Both the position numbers and the translations under genes were made by a program. Positions 27,901 through 38,597 of a stretch of DNA of 64,000 bases are shown piece after piece. Source of the stretch: Blastocatellia bacterium (lineage in GTDB: Bacteria > Acidobacteriota > Blastocatellia > UBA7656); NCBI GenBank assembly GCA_963765495.1, contig CAVXWP010000001.1, forward strand, positions 704,001 through 768,000, given 5' to 3'. The notes beneath the pieces are model-generated. The model searched no databases, was not told where the DNA came from, and saw only the letters and a program-made list of their open reading frames with translations. How positions within the stretch are numbered: the stretch's first letter is position 1; each line of letters starts with the position of its first letter.

Positions 27901-30900
27901 AGGCAGTTTACCGCCCGCTACCCAGAGCGAAAGCTCGCTTTCGTTCGCTCGCTCGCGGTCATCCCGAACGGTTGCGGTCACGCGATATCTGCCGCCCGCT
28001 TTTGTTTCAAAGGTGCATTGAACCGGGGCGTTCGCGGATGTGATCGAGCACTCTTGCGCATCGACTTCCTTTTCGTGCCACTCGCCGTTTTCATACGTCC
28101 AGTCAAGCTGAACCGCCCGCATTTGAATCGCGCGGCCCGGTACGAGATTGCCGTCCAGATCGGTGGCTATTGCCTGAATGATAAGAGGCTCGCCTTTTTG
28201 AACAAAGGTGCGGGCGCTCTTGATTCCTACATAGAGGTCAGCCGGGTGCACAAGCATAGTGGAAGAGGCTGACCACGTTTGCCGGTTTACATCCGTCACC
28301 CTTGCCTCGGCCGTGACGGTCGAAGGGAGCGCAGGATTGACCGAATCGAAATCTATTCTCAAATTATGTTTGCCCGTAGCGTCGGTCTTTGCAGCAAACG
28401 CCTCGATGTGGTGGTTGCTGTCTGCCGGCCTGTCAAACCACCAGGGAGCCCATTTGCCAAATGTGAAATCGCCGCGATTGGGCGGGATGTATTGAGTGGT
28501 GGCAGAGGTTACCAGCCATTCGACATCCGCATCTGGAAGGCCCCCGCCCGCGTAATAGGCCGCCTTCACCGTAACCTGCGCGTTACCGCCTACGAAGTAA
28601 GGGCCTTCACTTGCGGATGTCGTGACCTCGTATTCCGGCCTGCGAAATTCCTGCACCTGAAAGGCATAAGGAAACACGCCCCCCCTGCCCGAAACGTTGA
28701 CGCCTTCGGCCTCAAACAATATGTACGCGTAGCCGAGATTCATCGTCTTCGGAAGCTTGAATGATGTGTCGAACCCGTCGAGCGCATTGAGCGAGAGCGT
28801 GCCCTTCAGTAATTCATTCTCTCTGGAATCCTTCAGCGTGTAGGTGATTTTCTTCGATACGTTGCGAAGCAATCCGACCTCTTCGGTTTTGCTTTCGACC
28901 ATTCGCCGAATCCATCCTTTTATGTGGACCTCTTCGCCCGGGCGATACACTCCGCGATCACTAAAGACATACCAGAGGCGCGAATCCGCAGGCTCTTTCC
29001 TGTACCACTCCCAATCATTGCCCGCCCAGTAGGCGCGCTCAGGCAGGATAGCCAAATCCTCCCCCTTGCGCGCAATCAGCAAATCCGGCCCCGGCCCCTT
29101 CTGAGCCTTCAGCGCCAGACGGGCCATTCCATCCACCCCCGTGCTTACGGCCGATGATTCGCCCGCGTTTTGAGTAAACACCTGAACCCCGTCAATCGGC
29201 TTGCCGTCTTTTAGTGACGTAGCCCACGCACGCAGATCGGTATCGTCAGAGAAGGCAGTCAGACCGATGCGCGTCGCCTGAACCCATGCGGTAACAGATA
29301 TTTGGCCTCGACCCGGCTGACCTTCGACAGGCTCTACGACAACGATCACCTGCCCAAGCCCGTCTTTGAGCGCGGGGCTAAGGTCTATGGGCGTCTCGAC
29401 CATCTCGTCGGGTTTTGCCTCAACGGCAATATCTTTGGTCAAGATGAGGCGGCCCGGCATCGAAATGGCATTGCGGCCACGCAGGTTGTATAGATTAGTT
29501 GTAAACTGCTGCCAGTGCTCGGGGCCTACGGCGTAGAGGTGAACCTGAAAGCTCTTATAATTCACAGTGAAGACCGAGTAGCGAGGCGGGCCGTTTGGAT
29601 CGAGGATCACAAAACTCTGTTTGGCCGATGTGAGCCGGGGATAAGCCGACTGCACATCTAAGGAGATCGTTTTGTCTTCTTCCAGAGTCTGGCCGAACAG
29701 GTCACCTATCGCTCGATCCAGCGTCACTTTGTATGTAGTTTGCCCGCGAGTGAGCCCCCTGATAAACAGGGTATTGCCGTAAACCTGGGACTTCATCCCG
29801 GGCAACTCAGGCTCTACGCGAACCTGGGATTGCTGAAAGGCTTCCGTGTCGAGCGGATTGCTGAAGTTGATCGAAAACGGCATGAGAGGACGGCATTCTC
29901 CGCTGTTTCCGCAACTCTGACGAACGACATAGAACGGCCCGTAAGTATGAAATGTAAACTCCTGCGCCTTATCGGTCTTGCGCGGCCCTTCGGCAGAAGG
30001 CGTGTCCGGCCCTATCGTGACCGTTATATCTGAATCGGCAGGCAAAGGAGTCTTGGAGTCTGAGCCAGCCGGAGCGACCACGCGAAACGCCAGCCAGCGA
30101 TCTTTTTCCGCCGCATCGACAAGTTCGCTTACTCTCTCGTTGGATTTGATCTCTTCCGGTGTAGCAAGGCGAACTCTGTAGCTGCCTGCCTCGGAGCGAA
30201 TACGAATTGTCTCTACAACCGAGGCGGGATCGATTCGTTGATCGAAACTTGCGAACATCACAGGGTTGCGAACGAATGGAGAGCCGCTCGGATACGCGGT
30301 ACGGAGTTGAGGCGGCGGCGTTTGGAATTTCCAGTTTACCGGAGACGCAAGAACGGCTCCTGTAGCCGATTTCACGCCCGCAGGAATTTCCGCCTCATAC
30401 TCGGTAGCCATAGGGAAACGGTCTGTCGGTTCGAAGAGCAATGTCTTTGTGCCAATCCAGCGCCATCTGCCGGGCGGCGTGGGCGTAAGCCTTACCGGGA
30501 CATCACGCGTGGAAAGTTCATCCTGTGATGTCACCTCTACCATGGGGCGAGAAAAGGTTACACTCAAATGCGGGGCGAGCGGCAGATCGCCTTCGGGCGC
30601 AAACCGCGCCACCTCAAGCGGCCCCGCTGTTTCCAGGTCGGGTTGAGGTGAGGATTCGGACGGCGGGAACGAGGCTAAAACCACACTCCCGGCTTTGCGG
30701 AGGCGGAAGCGAACGATCTCGAAAAGCGAAATCCTGCCGGTCGCCTGTTTCTGTCTTGATGACAGGCACGCGCTTCAGCAGCGACTCGACTTCATCCTCG
30801 GCCAGTGGCACGGCCTGAGAAAGAGGCGCAGCAGGCGGCCGGGTTGATTCTTCTTCACCTTTGCTCAATCGGAATTGCAATCCTTTTCTCATAGTCTCTT

Positions 30901-30997
30901 CCACCTGCGCGCCCGCTGTCGGGGCTATTCTGTCCTGGCTGGTCAAACACAAAAGGAGGATAAAAAGCGTAACGACAAGTTTCTTTTGACTCATCAT
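24991..30997 (-). CDS. Bacterial alpha-2-macroglobulin (MG2/A2M) family protein, apparently frameshifted near 30697
   Basis: Main ORF 24991..30684 has SDRGVYRPGE, FQVQEFRRPEY, LPDNLTRYRVMA and the thioester motif YPFECSEQ. The signal peptide and N-terminus (MMSQKKLVV..., start 30997, with RBS) are in another frame and join at CCG-C-AAA-GCC-GGG-AGT-GTG. Confidence 0.85.
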
Positions 30998-31075
30998 ATT
31001 TGCACTTCCTTGTTGGATTTGGGCACCGGCTGAACGACAACAATATACCCCGCCAGGGAATCGCAGAGCCACTCT

Positions 31076-31267
31076 GGCAGTAGGCAGTATGCAGTAGGCA
31101 GTAGGCAGTAGGCATTGAGTTAAGCCAATTCTCAGTCTAATTGCAACTGCATAATCAGCGAATAGAAATAGGCCACGGATGACGCGGATCAGACGGATTT
31201 ACACGGATTAGTTCTTGATTTCAATATAGCTGCCTACTGCCTACTGCCTACTGCTTACTGCTTACTG
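31076..31267. repeat. Inverted heptamer arrays (GGCAGTA)n ... (CTGCCTA)n enclosing half of a 9-mer CGGAT repeat element
   Basis: Arrays at 31076-31114 and 31230-31267. The inner 31167-31208 shares AATAGGCCACGGATGACGCGGAT with 57107. Confidence 0.8.
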
Positions 31268-32203
31268 GGTTGGATTGCTGAAGCGAGCGCGCATCATCTC
31301 GGTTGCGCGGGCGCGCGATACCTTCATCACTGCGTCTATGCGTTTGTTTACGCTGCTTACCTTCAGCAGAGAGAGCAACTCTGCCGCGTCGGCGTTTTTG
31401 GATTTCTGGGCTAGCTGCGCGCCCCAGAGTATGAGGTTCAAAGCGCCTGCCTTGGTTTTTGCTTCGTCAGCCGTAGGCGCAAATCCGGTGATCGTGAGCC
31501 GTGCCATCGAGTCGTTCAACTCAAGCTCGATAGTGTTTGACGTCAGATCGTGTATCGGCGACAGAGCGTGCGATTCGCTTATTGCATAAAGTATCTCAAG
31601 CGCCTGCTGATCTATAACGGCAGAGCCGGATTTCTTTATGATCTTCATCTGCGACAGCGACCCGTCACGCTCTATCTCGAAGCCGGCCATGATGGTGAAA
31701 TTCATAACCGGCAAATCGAGCTTGCCGCCTTTGTATTGTTCATAGACGCGACCGACAATATCTTCGATAGGCTGTTGATTTATCTGGCCAAAATCGGTAC
31801 TGGCAGGTTCCTTGTCGGCTTCTTTGGCCTTTTCCTCTTCGGCCTTCTTTTCTTTTTCGGCCTTTTCCTTTTCCGCCTTTTCGCGTTCGGCCTTTTCACG
31901 TTCGGCCTTTTCGCGTTCGCGGCGTTCCCGCTCCTTTATCTCTTCGAGCGACTCGGTCTGGCCTGCGACGGGCGCAGACATCCTGCGCGGCGGAGGCAGT
32001 GGCGCAAGCTTGACATACTCGTATGGTTTGTACGGCTTATTGACTATCTCAAGACTCGAAAACGGCGAGATTACATCCGAATAGAACAAAAACGCGGCCA
32101 GCGACACATGAAGAATCACAGAGACGGCAAGCAAAAGGATAAACCATCGACGGGGGCCTGAGCCTGCCGGCGAGAAGGTGGGAATACTTCTATCAGCTAC
32201 CAT
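31262..32203 (-). CDS. TolA/TonB-like single-pass membrane protein
   Basis: N-terminal TM (LAVSVILHVSL), (EREKA)n charged linker, TonB_C-like FEIERDGSL..MKIIKKSG...D. Start reassigned from 32278. Confidence 0.65.
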   Translation of the reverse strand: MVADRSIPTFSPAGSGPRRWFILLLAVSVILHVSLAAFLFYSDVISPFSSLEIVNKPYKPYEYVKLAPLPPPRRMSAPVAGQTESLEEIKERERREREKAEREKAEREKAEKEKAEKEKKAEEEKAKEADKEPASTDFGQINQQPIEDIVGRVYEQYKGGKLDLPVMNFTIMAGFEIERDGSLSQMKIIKKSGSAVIDQQALEILYAISESHALSPIHDLTSNTIELELNDSMARLTITGFAPTADEAKTKAGALNLILWGAQLAQKSKNADAAELLSLLKVSSVNKRIDAVMKVSRARATEMMRARFSNPTQ

Positions 32204-32498
32204 CGTCCTGATCATAACTAGAACCGGCAGACGCTGGCGGAAAATCAAGCGCCGAAAAATCAAGCGCCGAAAAATCAAGCACTACCAGTCCGCCTGCCCG
32301 GCACCTCTACTCTAATAATACAATACGCAGAGCCGAATAGAAAAAGTGCATTTGTTTATCCGCGCATTTTGTCGCCGGATCAATCGGGCGGGTTGCAATA
32401 CGGATTTGATGAGTACATCTGGAAAATATGGTATCGAAACGGACACGCGCGGCTTATCGCGTGGCGTTTGTGAGCATCTTGCGGTTCGGTAGGGTGAT

Positions 32499-33545
32499 TT
32501 ATTTCCCGTCGTTCGGATCTTTGATTTTAGGGTCTCCCATCTCGACTTTGAATTGCTTGTAGTCGAGGAACTCAAACTTTACATCCCAGCTCAGCCCTTC
32601 GAACAAAGTGAGGTCGCCGACCGGGTTGATTCGAATCAGGCTTGGGAACCATTTCCCCGTATCAAGCCGGGTTTGCTGATAGATAAGCGCTGCATTCGGG
32701 TCGGGCAGAAGATGAGACTCGGCTTTTCCTTCGGCAAATTCCGTTGCGGGCCAGCCCTCAAGCCTCACCAGAACCTTATCGTCCGCATCTATCCAGACCA
32801 CACCCGCGAGATCCAAAATATATCTCTTGTTGGAAGGAAGGTTTATACCGGCGCGAGGCTGAAACCGGAGGACTATAGTATCGCGACCGTCGAGCTTTTC
32901 TTGTCGAGGCGAGAAAAAATCGCAGGAGTGCAGGAACTCGGAAAGATCTATCGAAACTCTCACGCGTTTACCGTGAGCGTTTCCCAGGACTCCCGCAGAT
33001 ATATAATGTGGATCGACCGCCTTCCCGTCATTTTCCCTGGTCCGTTCGGCCGCCATCAATTGCTCGCCCGCGTTCTTGCGCTCCAATCGCACCCGCCAGG
33101 GGGGCACCGGCTCGCCGTCAGTGCTCAGCTTTATGAGAACGTGTTCTCCTCGCACGGGGTAGGCCTCAAAAAGCTCAACGCTTTCGTCTTTCACCTTGCC
33201 CTGTTCGTTCAAAGTAGTCCTGACCTTTTTCAGGGTATAGGTGTAGTCGAATATGCCCTTGTGCATGGCCGCGCCATTAATCTCGCACAGACGCAAAAGT
33301 TCGGGAATATCAAAACCATTCGAACCGGGCTGTTCCGCCATTCCCTGAGCGTTGCCTGTGGCATGTTCGATTCCATCGGATGAGCGTAACCCCTGATTTT
33401 GAGGATTGCCGGTCTGGGCAAACGCGCTGATGATCGCGATTTCAAGAAACAGAGCAGGCAGGATAATAGCCGTCAGACCCGGCTTGAGGATGGATAAAAT
33501 AATCTTAGCCAGGTGCGTATAGCCTGCTAGAGGGTCCGATTTCAT
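32499..33545 (-). CDS. Exported hypothetical protein (lipoprotein-sorting-like, acidobacterial type)
   Basis: N-terminal hydrophobic segment, DYTYT, GRDTIVLRFQPR, GVVWIDADDKVLVRLEG, FLDYKQF. GAGG RBS before 33545. Confidence 0.65.
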   Translation of the reverse strand: MKSDPLAGYTHLAKIILSILKPGLTAIILPALFLEIAIISAFAQTGNPQNQGLRSSDGIEHATGNAQGMAEQPGSNGFDIPELLRLCEINGAAMHKGIFDYTYTLKKVRTTLNEQGKVKDESVELFEAYPVRGEHVLIKLSTDGEPVPPWRVRLERKNAGEQLMAAERTRENDGKAVDPHYISAGVLGNAHGKRVRVSIDLSEFLHSCDFFSPRQEKLDGRDTIVLRFQPRAGINLPSNKRYILDLAGVVWIDADDKVLVRLEGWPATEFAEGKAESHLLPDPNAALIYQQTRLDTGKWFPSLIRINPVGDLTLFEGLSWDVKFEFLDYKQFKVEMGDPKIKDPNDGK

Positions 33546-33721
33546 AACCGCCTCTCGACTGATTAAGCCTGATTGATTCCCAGCATCTCCATAACGCAAG
33601 CGCAATTCGATCCTTACGTCACAGGTTCGTTCTTAAATATCAGCCGTATCAAGATGGCTGCGCGAAACTGCCGCAATGATAAATGAATCGAGCCGTCTGA
33701 GCAATTCGTTTTCGTTCAAAC

Positions 33722-33877
33722 CAGGGCTATTGCAAAGTCGAGCAAAAATGTAGGGGCAGCCCTTGTGGCTGCCCGAATCGCGCGTAAGCGCGATGACAGT
33801 CATCGCCCTTCGGGCGATCCGGGCAGGGACAAGCCCTGCCCCTACCATACATGTCAAGCTACTTTGCAATAGCCCTG
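33722..33877. mobile_element. 156-bp MITE with 17-bp TIRs and 9-bp target-site duplication, carrying an inverted GTAG-REP pair
   Basis: TIRs CAGGGCTATTGCAAAGT / ACTTTGCAATAGCCCTG. Direct repeats CGTTCAAAC at 33713-33721 and 33878-33886. Internal GTAGGGGCAGCCCTTGTGGCTGCCC ... GGGCAGGGACAAGCCCTGCCCCTAC. Confidence 0.85.
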
Positions 33878-33960
33878 CGTTCAAACAGGTACTACTATGT
33901 GGAAGTTCTTCAAGGCTATTCAGTCTTTTGCCCGCAGATATTCGGCTGAAATCTCAACAA

Positions 33961-33992
33961 AACTCAAAACTCAAAACTCAAAACTCAAAACT
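33961..33992 (+). repeat. (AACTCAA)4.5 heptamer array
   Basis: Exact tandem copies just downstream of the aldo/keto reductase stop codon. Confidence 0.8.
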
Positions 33993-34004
33993 TCAGGGGG
34001 GGAG

Positions 34005-35114
34005 CTATTCGCTGGAAAAGAGTTTCATGAATTCTTCGACCGTTGCGGGTGGCAGCTTCGCTACCTGCATATTCTCTTCTACGTGGGTGCGCTGGCTCAT
34101 GCCCACAAGCGCCGTGGTCACACCGGGAGCGGATCGCACGAACTGGATGGCGCGCTGGGCATCTGAATCCAGCCCTTGCAACGCATTTGCGACGAAGGGC
34201 GGGAGATTTTGCGTCAGCCTGGATTGAAATATGGAAGCGCTCGCCATTACGGTCAGGTCGAAGCGGTTTGCGGCAAGTAGAGGCGAGAACTGTTTGTCCT
34301 CGATTGTCTGATTAGCCGTAGTGATAGCTTCCGGCATGGCAAGATTGCAGGGCAATTGGACTACGCGGAAGCGATTACTTTCGCCTCCGACCTCGCGGGC
34401 TATTTTAACCATCTCGGCAAGCGAAAGATAATCGCGCGAACCGGGTGATTGACGATATCCGTTCCACGTCGCCGTACCGTAAAATTGTATTTGCCCAAGG
34501 CTTGCGGCCTCTTCCAGAAACTCGAAAGCCGCGCGAACGCGATTTAGAAACTCTTCTCTTGTGACGCCGTCAAGTTGTGATTCAGGGTTGTGAATATAAT
34601 AGATGTCTATGGTATCAAGCCCGAGGTTTTTCAGACTGCGCGAAAGCTGATCGCTCAGATAGCCGGGCGACATGCAATGACTATCCACAATGTCTTTGAT
34701 GTCGGCCACGCCCGGCTCTATAAGGTTTTCCATCACCCAGCCGCGAGCGTCGCGCGGTGGTTCGTTTTCGAAGGGGAAAAAGCCGCCTTTGGTTGCTACG
34801 ATAATTTCGTCACGCGCAGCTCTTCCCGATTCAAATAAATTTTTGAGGGCCGCCCCTATAGCCCGCTCGCTGCGCTGAAAGCGATAATTGATGGCTGAAT
34901 CAATCACGTTGCAGCCAAGCTCCGCAGCGCGCTCGACTGCCTCCTGATACATACTGTCGGTATGGTCGTCCCAGTGGCCCAGATAAGTTCCCAGCCCTAT
35001 CGACGACATGTAGAGTTCCTGTTGCAATCGAAAATGGTCCGGGACCACCTCCGACATCATTCGCTCGGCATACCTGCGGGTTCCTTCCGGGGTCGCGCCG
35101 TTCGGTTTATTCAT
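34005..35114 (-). CDS. Aldo/keto reductase
   Basis: SSIGLGTY, NVIDSAINY..QRSE, IVATKGG, SLKNLGLDTIDIYYIHNP, ALVGMS. Confidence 0.9.
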   Translation of the reverse strand: MNKPNGATPEGTRRYAERMMSEVVPDHFRLQQELYMSSIGLGTYLGHWDDHTDSMYQEAVERAAELGCNVIDSAINYRFQRSERAIGAALKNLFESGRAARDEIIVATKGGFFPFENEPPRDARGWVMENLIEPGVADIKDIVDSHCMSPGYLSDQLSRSLKNLGLDTIDIYYIHNPESQLDGVTREEFLNRVRAAFEFLEEAASLGQIQFYGTATWNGYRQSPGSRDYLSLAEMVKIAREVGGESNRFRVVQLPCNLAMPEAITTANQTIEDKQFSPLLAANRFDLTVMASASIFQSRLTQNLPPFVANALQGLDSDAQRAIQFVRSAPGVTTALVGMSQRTHVEENMQVAKLPPATVEEFMKLFSSE

Positions 35115-35132
35115 TTTCCTCTCCTCTTCTTT

Positions 35133-37451
35133 TTACTTTTCTTCGGCTGCGATCAGCGAAGAGACCTCAAGCCTGCGAGAGATCGCATTGCGCCATGCAT
35201 CTTCGACCTCGGCCACGGAGCGGTTGATTATGACCTGCCCGCCCGCGCTGATCTTCAGCCAGTCGCCGCCTGTTCGTCCTATGACAGATATGCTTGCGCC
35301 AAAACTCTCCGCAATCTTTTTTATCTGATCGAGATTATTATCGCCCGCCGTGAGGATTATTCGAGAAGGCGTTTCGGAAAACAGGAGCGCGGCCTGCGAG
35401 AGATCGCCTTCCAGATTGACCTCGCACCCCACTGCCGAGCGGCGATAACTCGAAAACGCGCACTCCGCAAGCGCCACACTCAACCCGCCGTCAGAGCAAT
35501 CGTGAGCCGATTCGACGAGTCCTTCCTGAATGATCCTCAAACACGCTTCCTGCACATTGCGTTCACGTTCAAGATCGAGGTGCGGCACGCGGCCTTCTAC
35601 TCGCCCTCCTTTTACTCGCTCGCCTTCTACTTGCCCGCGAGTAGCAAGTGCGTACTCGGTTGCGCCGAGATCGTTTTCGGTAGTGCCGAGCAGGATGATC
35701 GCGCAATCTTCGTGTTTGAACCATTGAGTAGCCGTATGGCGAATCTCTTCAATGATCCCGACCATGCCGATAACAGGGGTTGGGAATATGCCGCGCCCGT
35801 CCGTCTCGTTATAGAAACTGACGTTGCCGCCCGTGACCGGCGTCTTGAACACCTCGCAGGTTTCTCTCATCCCTTCGATGGTTTCGCTGAACTGCCACAT
35901 CACTTCGGGCCGTTCGGGCGAACCGAAATTCAAACAGTTGGTCAGAGCGACAGGCCGCGCCCCGCTTGCGACCAGATTGCGACAGGCTTCGGCTATGACG
36001 AGCCGCGCGCCCGCTCGCGGGTCTGCCTGGCAGTAGCGGGCATTGGAATCGAGCGTCATGGCGAGCGCCCGCCGCGTCTCCTTTATTCGAATAACGGCGG
36101 CGTCTGAGCCGGGCAGCGTCACCGTGTTTGTTCGCACCATGTGGTCGTACTGTCTGTAGACCCATCTCTTTGACGCGATATTTGGGGACGCGATGATTCG
36201 CATGAATGTCGCGTCGAGTTCTTCGGCGGATGTCTCCTGCTGGTCTATCTCCTCAAGCGGGACAGGGGAATCGGGCCGTTTTATCGGGCGATTATAAACG
36301 GGGGCCGCGTCGGTGAGCGCCTCGTTGGAAATATCGGCGACCGTCTCACCGCCCTGCTTTACGCGCAGGTGGCCGTCATCTGTGACGCGGCCAATGACTA
36401 CGGCGTCAAGCTCCCACTTGTTGAATATTTCGACGACCTGGCGTTCGCGTCCGGCGGCGGCCACTATCAGCATTCGCTCCTGCGATTCGCTGAGCATCAT
36501 CTCGTAGGCGGTCATGCCGGTTTCGCGTTGCGGAACCAGATCGACATCTATTTCGATGCCGGTTCCGGCGCGCGCCCCCATCTCGCAGGAAGAGCTTGTC
36601 AGACCCGCCGCTCCCATATCCTGGATGCCCACGATTGCGCCCGCGCGCATGGCTTCGAGACAGGCCTCGAGCAGGAGCTTTTCAAGAAACGGGTCGCCCA
36701 CCTGCACGGTAGGCCGTTTTGACTGGGCCTCTTCTCCGAACTCTTCGGATGCCATCGTAGCGCCGTGGATTCCGTCGCGTCCCGTCTTGGCCCCGACATA
36801 GATGACCGGGTTTCCTATGCCCGAGGCGCGACCGTAAAAAATCTGGTCCTGTCGCATTATCCCGAGAGTGAATGCATTGACCAGAGGGTTGCGCGAATAA
36901 CATCCATTGAAGCGCACCTCGCCGCCGATGGTCGGAACGCCAAAGGCATTGCCGTAATCGCCTATGCCCTTGACGACCCCGGCCATAATCGAGCGGTTTC
37001 GCGCAATCGTGGACTGCTCTTCGAGGGAAGCATCGGAGGGCGCGTCAATCGGGCCGAAATGGAGCGAGTTCATGGCGGCGAGCGGGCGCGCGCCCATCGT
37101 GAAGACATCGCGCAGTATGCCGCCCACGCCCGTGGCCGCGCCCTGATAAGGCTCGATAAACGAAGGGTGGTTGTGCGATTCGATCTTAAAGGCCGCGGCA
37201 AGGTCCCCGCCTATGTCGATTATACCGGCATTTTCGCCCGGCCCCTGAAGCACGTACTCGCCTTTCGTGGGAAGCCGTTTGAGATGAACTCGCGAAGATT
37301 TGTAAGAACAATGTTCGGACCACATGACCGAAAAGATGCCAAGCTCGGTAAAGGTGGGCGCGCGTCCGAGCAATTCCAGTATGCGGTTGTATTCGTCTTC
37401 TTTGAGACCGTGGCTGCGGATCAATTCAGGTGTGATTTCAGGTACGTTCAT
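35133..37451 (-). CDS. purL: Phosphoribosylformylglycinamidine synthase subunit PurL
   Basis: [39 protein letters not shown]. The start could also be 37475. Confidence 0.97.
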   Translation of the reverse strand: MNVPEITPELIRSHGLKEDEYNRILELLGRAPTFTELGIFSVMWSEHCSYKSSRVHLKRLPTKGEYVLQGPGENAGIIDIGGDLAAAFKIESHNHPSFIEPYQGAATGVGGILRDVFTMGARPLAAMNSLHFGPIDAPSDASLEEQSTIARNRSIMAGVVKGIGDYGNAFGVPTIGGEVRFNGCYSRNPLVNAFTLGIMRQDQIFYGRASGIGNPVIYVGAKTGRDGIHGATMASEEFGEEAQSKRPTVQVGDPFLEKLLLEACLEAMRAGAIVGIQDMGAAGLTSSSCEMGARAGTGIEIDVDLVPQRETGMTAYEMMLSESQERMLIVAAAGRERQVVEIFNKWELDAVVIGRVTDDGHLRVKQGGETVADISNEALTDAAPVYNRPIKRPDSPVPLEEIDQQETSAEELDATFMRIIASPNIASKRWVYRQYDHMVRTNTVTLPGSDAAVIRIKETRRALAMTLDSNARYCQADPRAGARLVIAEACRNLVASGARPVALTNCLNFGSPERPEVMWQFSETIEGMRETCEVFKTPVTGGNVSFYNETDGRGIFPTPVIGMVGIIEEIRHTATQWFKHEDCAIILLGTTENDLGATEYALATRGQVEGERVKGGRVEGRVPHLDLERERNVQEACLRIIQEGLVESAHDCSDGGLSVALAECAFSSYRRSAVGCEVNLEGDLSQAALLFSETPSRIILTAGDNNLDQIKKIAESFGASISVIGRTGGDWLKISAGGQVIINRSVAEVEDAWRNAISRRLEVSSLIAAEEK

Positions 37452-37643
37452 ATCGGAATGCCTTATTCGCCTCATGCGGACGGAAAAGATTGACGAGTAT
37501 GCTACCCGACAGGCAATGGCTTTATCAAGTTAGGATGGAGCGAGACGTGATCGAAAACTCAAACAGGATTCACAAGATTGCCCGGAGGGGTTTCCGGGCG
37601 ATCCCGGCAGTTGAATTCAAGTCCTTGGCATCAAAGGTTGGCC

Positions 37644-38351
37644 CTAAGATGCCTTCGCAAGCTCGGCCAGCGTATCGGCCAGCGAATAAAAGACGATGCG
37701 GCCGTCGTTGCTTCCAAGCAACGCTTCGCTTGCGCGCTCGGGGTGCGGCATCAGCCCCAGCACGTTGCGCTCGCGGTTGCAAATGCCAGCGATGTTGTCG
37801 AGCGAGCCGTTTGGATTTGCATCACGCGTGATAGCGCCGTTTGCGTCCGAGTAGCGAAAGATGATGCGGTTTTCGCGCTGAAGCTCGGCAAGCGTATCGC
37901 TGTCGCAGAAATAGTTGCCATCGCCGTGGGCTATGGGAACCATCAGCACTTGATTGCGCTGACAGCGAACCGTAAACGGAGTGTCGGTGGCTTCGACGCG
38001 CATCTGAACATGCTCGCAGATAAACTTCAAATTACTGTTTCTCATAAGCGCACCGGGAAGCAATCCGGCCTCGCACAATATCTGAAAGCCGTTACAGATG
38101 CCCATCACCAGCCCGCCCTGCGAGGCGTACTCTTTTATCGCACCCATCACGGGGCTGAACCTCGCAATCGCGCCGGTCCTCAGATAATCGCCGTATGAGA
38201 ACCCACCCGGCAGTATGACCGCGTCATAGTCTGCAACGGAAGACTCGCGGTGCCAGATAAAGTCTACAGGCTGTCCGATGACTTTGCTGATGACGTGGTA
38301 TGTATCGTGATCGCAGTTGGAACCCGGAAACACTACTACTCCGAATTTCAT
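37644..38351 (-). CDS. purQ: Phosphoribosylformylglycinamidine synthase subunit PurQ
   Basis: [48 protein letters not shown] before 38351. Confidence 0.97.
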   Translation of the reverse strand: MKFGVVVFPGSNCDHDTYHVISKVIGQPVDFIWHRESSVADYDAVILPGGFSYGDYLRTGAIARFSPVMGAIKEYASQGGLVMGICNGFQILCEAGLLPGALMRNSNLKFICEHVQMRVEATDTPFTVRCQRNQVLMVPIAHGDGNYFCDSDTLAELQRENRIIFRYSDANGAITRDANPNGSLDNIAGICNRERNVLGLMPHPERASEALLGSNDGRIVFYSLADTLAELAKAS

Positions 38352-38521
38352 TCTTCTATTCCTCTCCTGGGCCTGAAAAGGGTCAGGGCCGTTATCAGGG
38401 GCTTTGGTAAGAGGCATTATCTCATGATTGGTCATTGGAATCTAGCTCTTTAAGTATTCTTATTTTGTTGCAAGTACCGTCCACAAGGGTTTTAACCTGC
38501 TTTGAGATTATTTGCGGGTCC

Positions 38522-38576
38522 TTAGGACGGCGCGTCTTTGCGAGAATCTATCGCTTGCAAAGACGCGCCGTCCTAA
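38522..38576. repeat. 20-bp perfect inverted repeat (possible terminator or palindromic element)
   Basis: TTAGGACGGCGCGTCTTTGC / GCAAAGACGCGCCGTCCTAA downstream of the M16 protease. Confidence 0.7.
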
Positions 38577-38597
38577 ACCATTTTTAGCCCGTTGCCA

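Noticed and set aside
31076-31267. CRISPR array from the tandem repeats here and elsewhere
   Set aside because: The units are 7-15 bp with no unique spacers, and no cas genes are present.
33633-34227. ORFs 33633..33884(-), 33763..34227(+) and 33897..34166(+)
   Set aside because: They are translations of the MITE, REP and heptamer repeats, or antisense to the aldo/keto reductase.
38352-38597. purS upstream of purQ
   Set aside because: No PurS-like ORF is recognisable in this gap, so purS must lie elsewhere. The ORF-track 5' extension of purQ is probably not translated.
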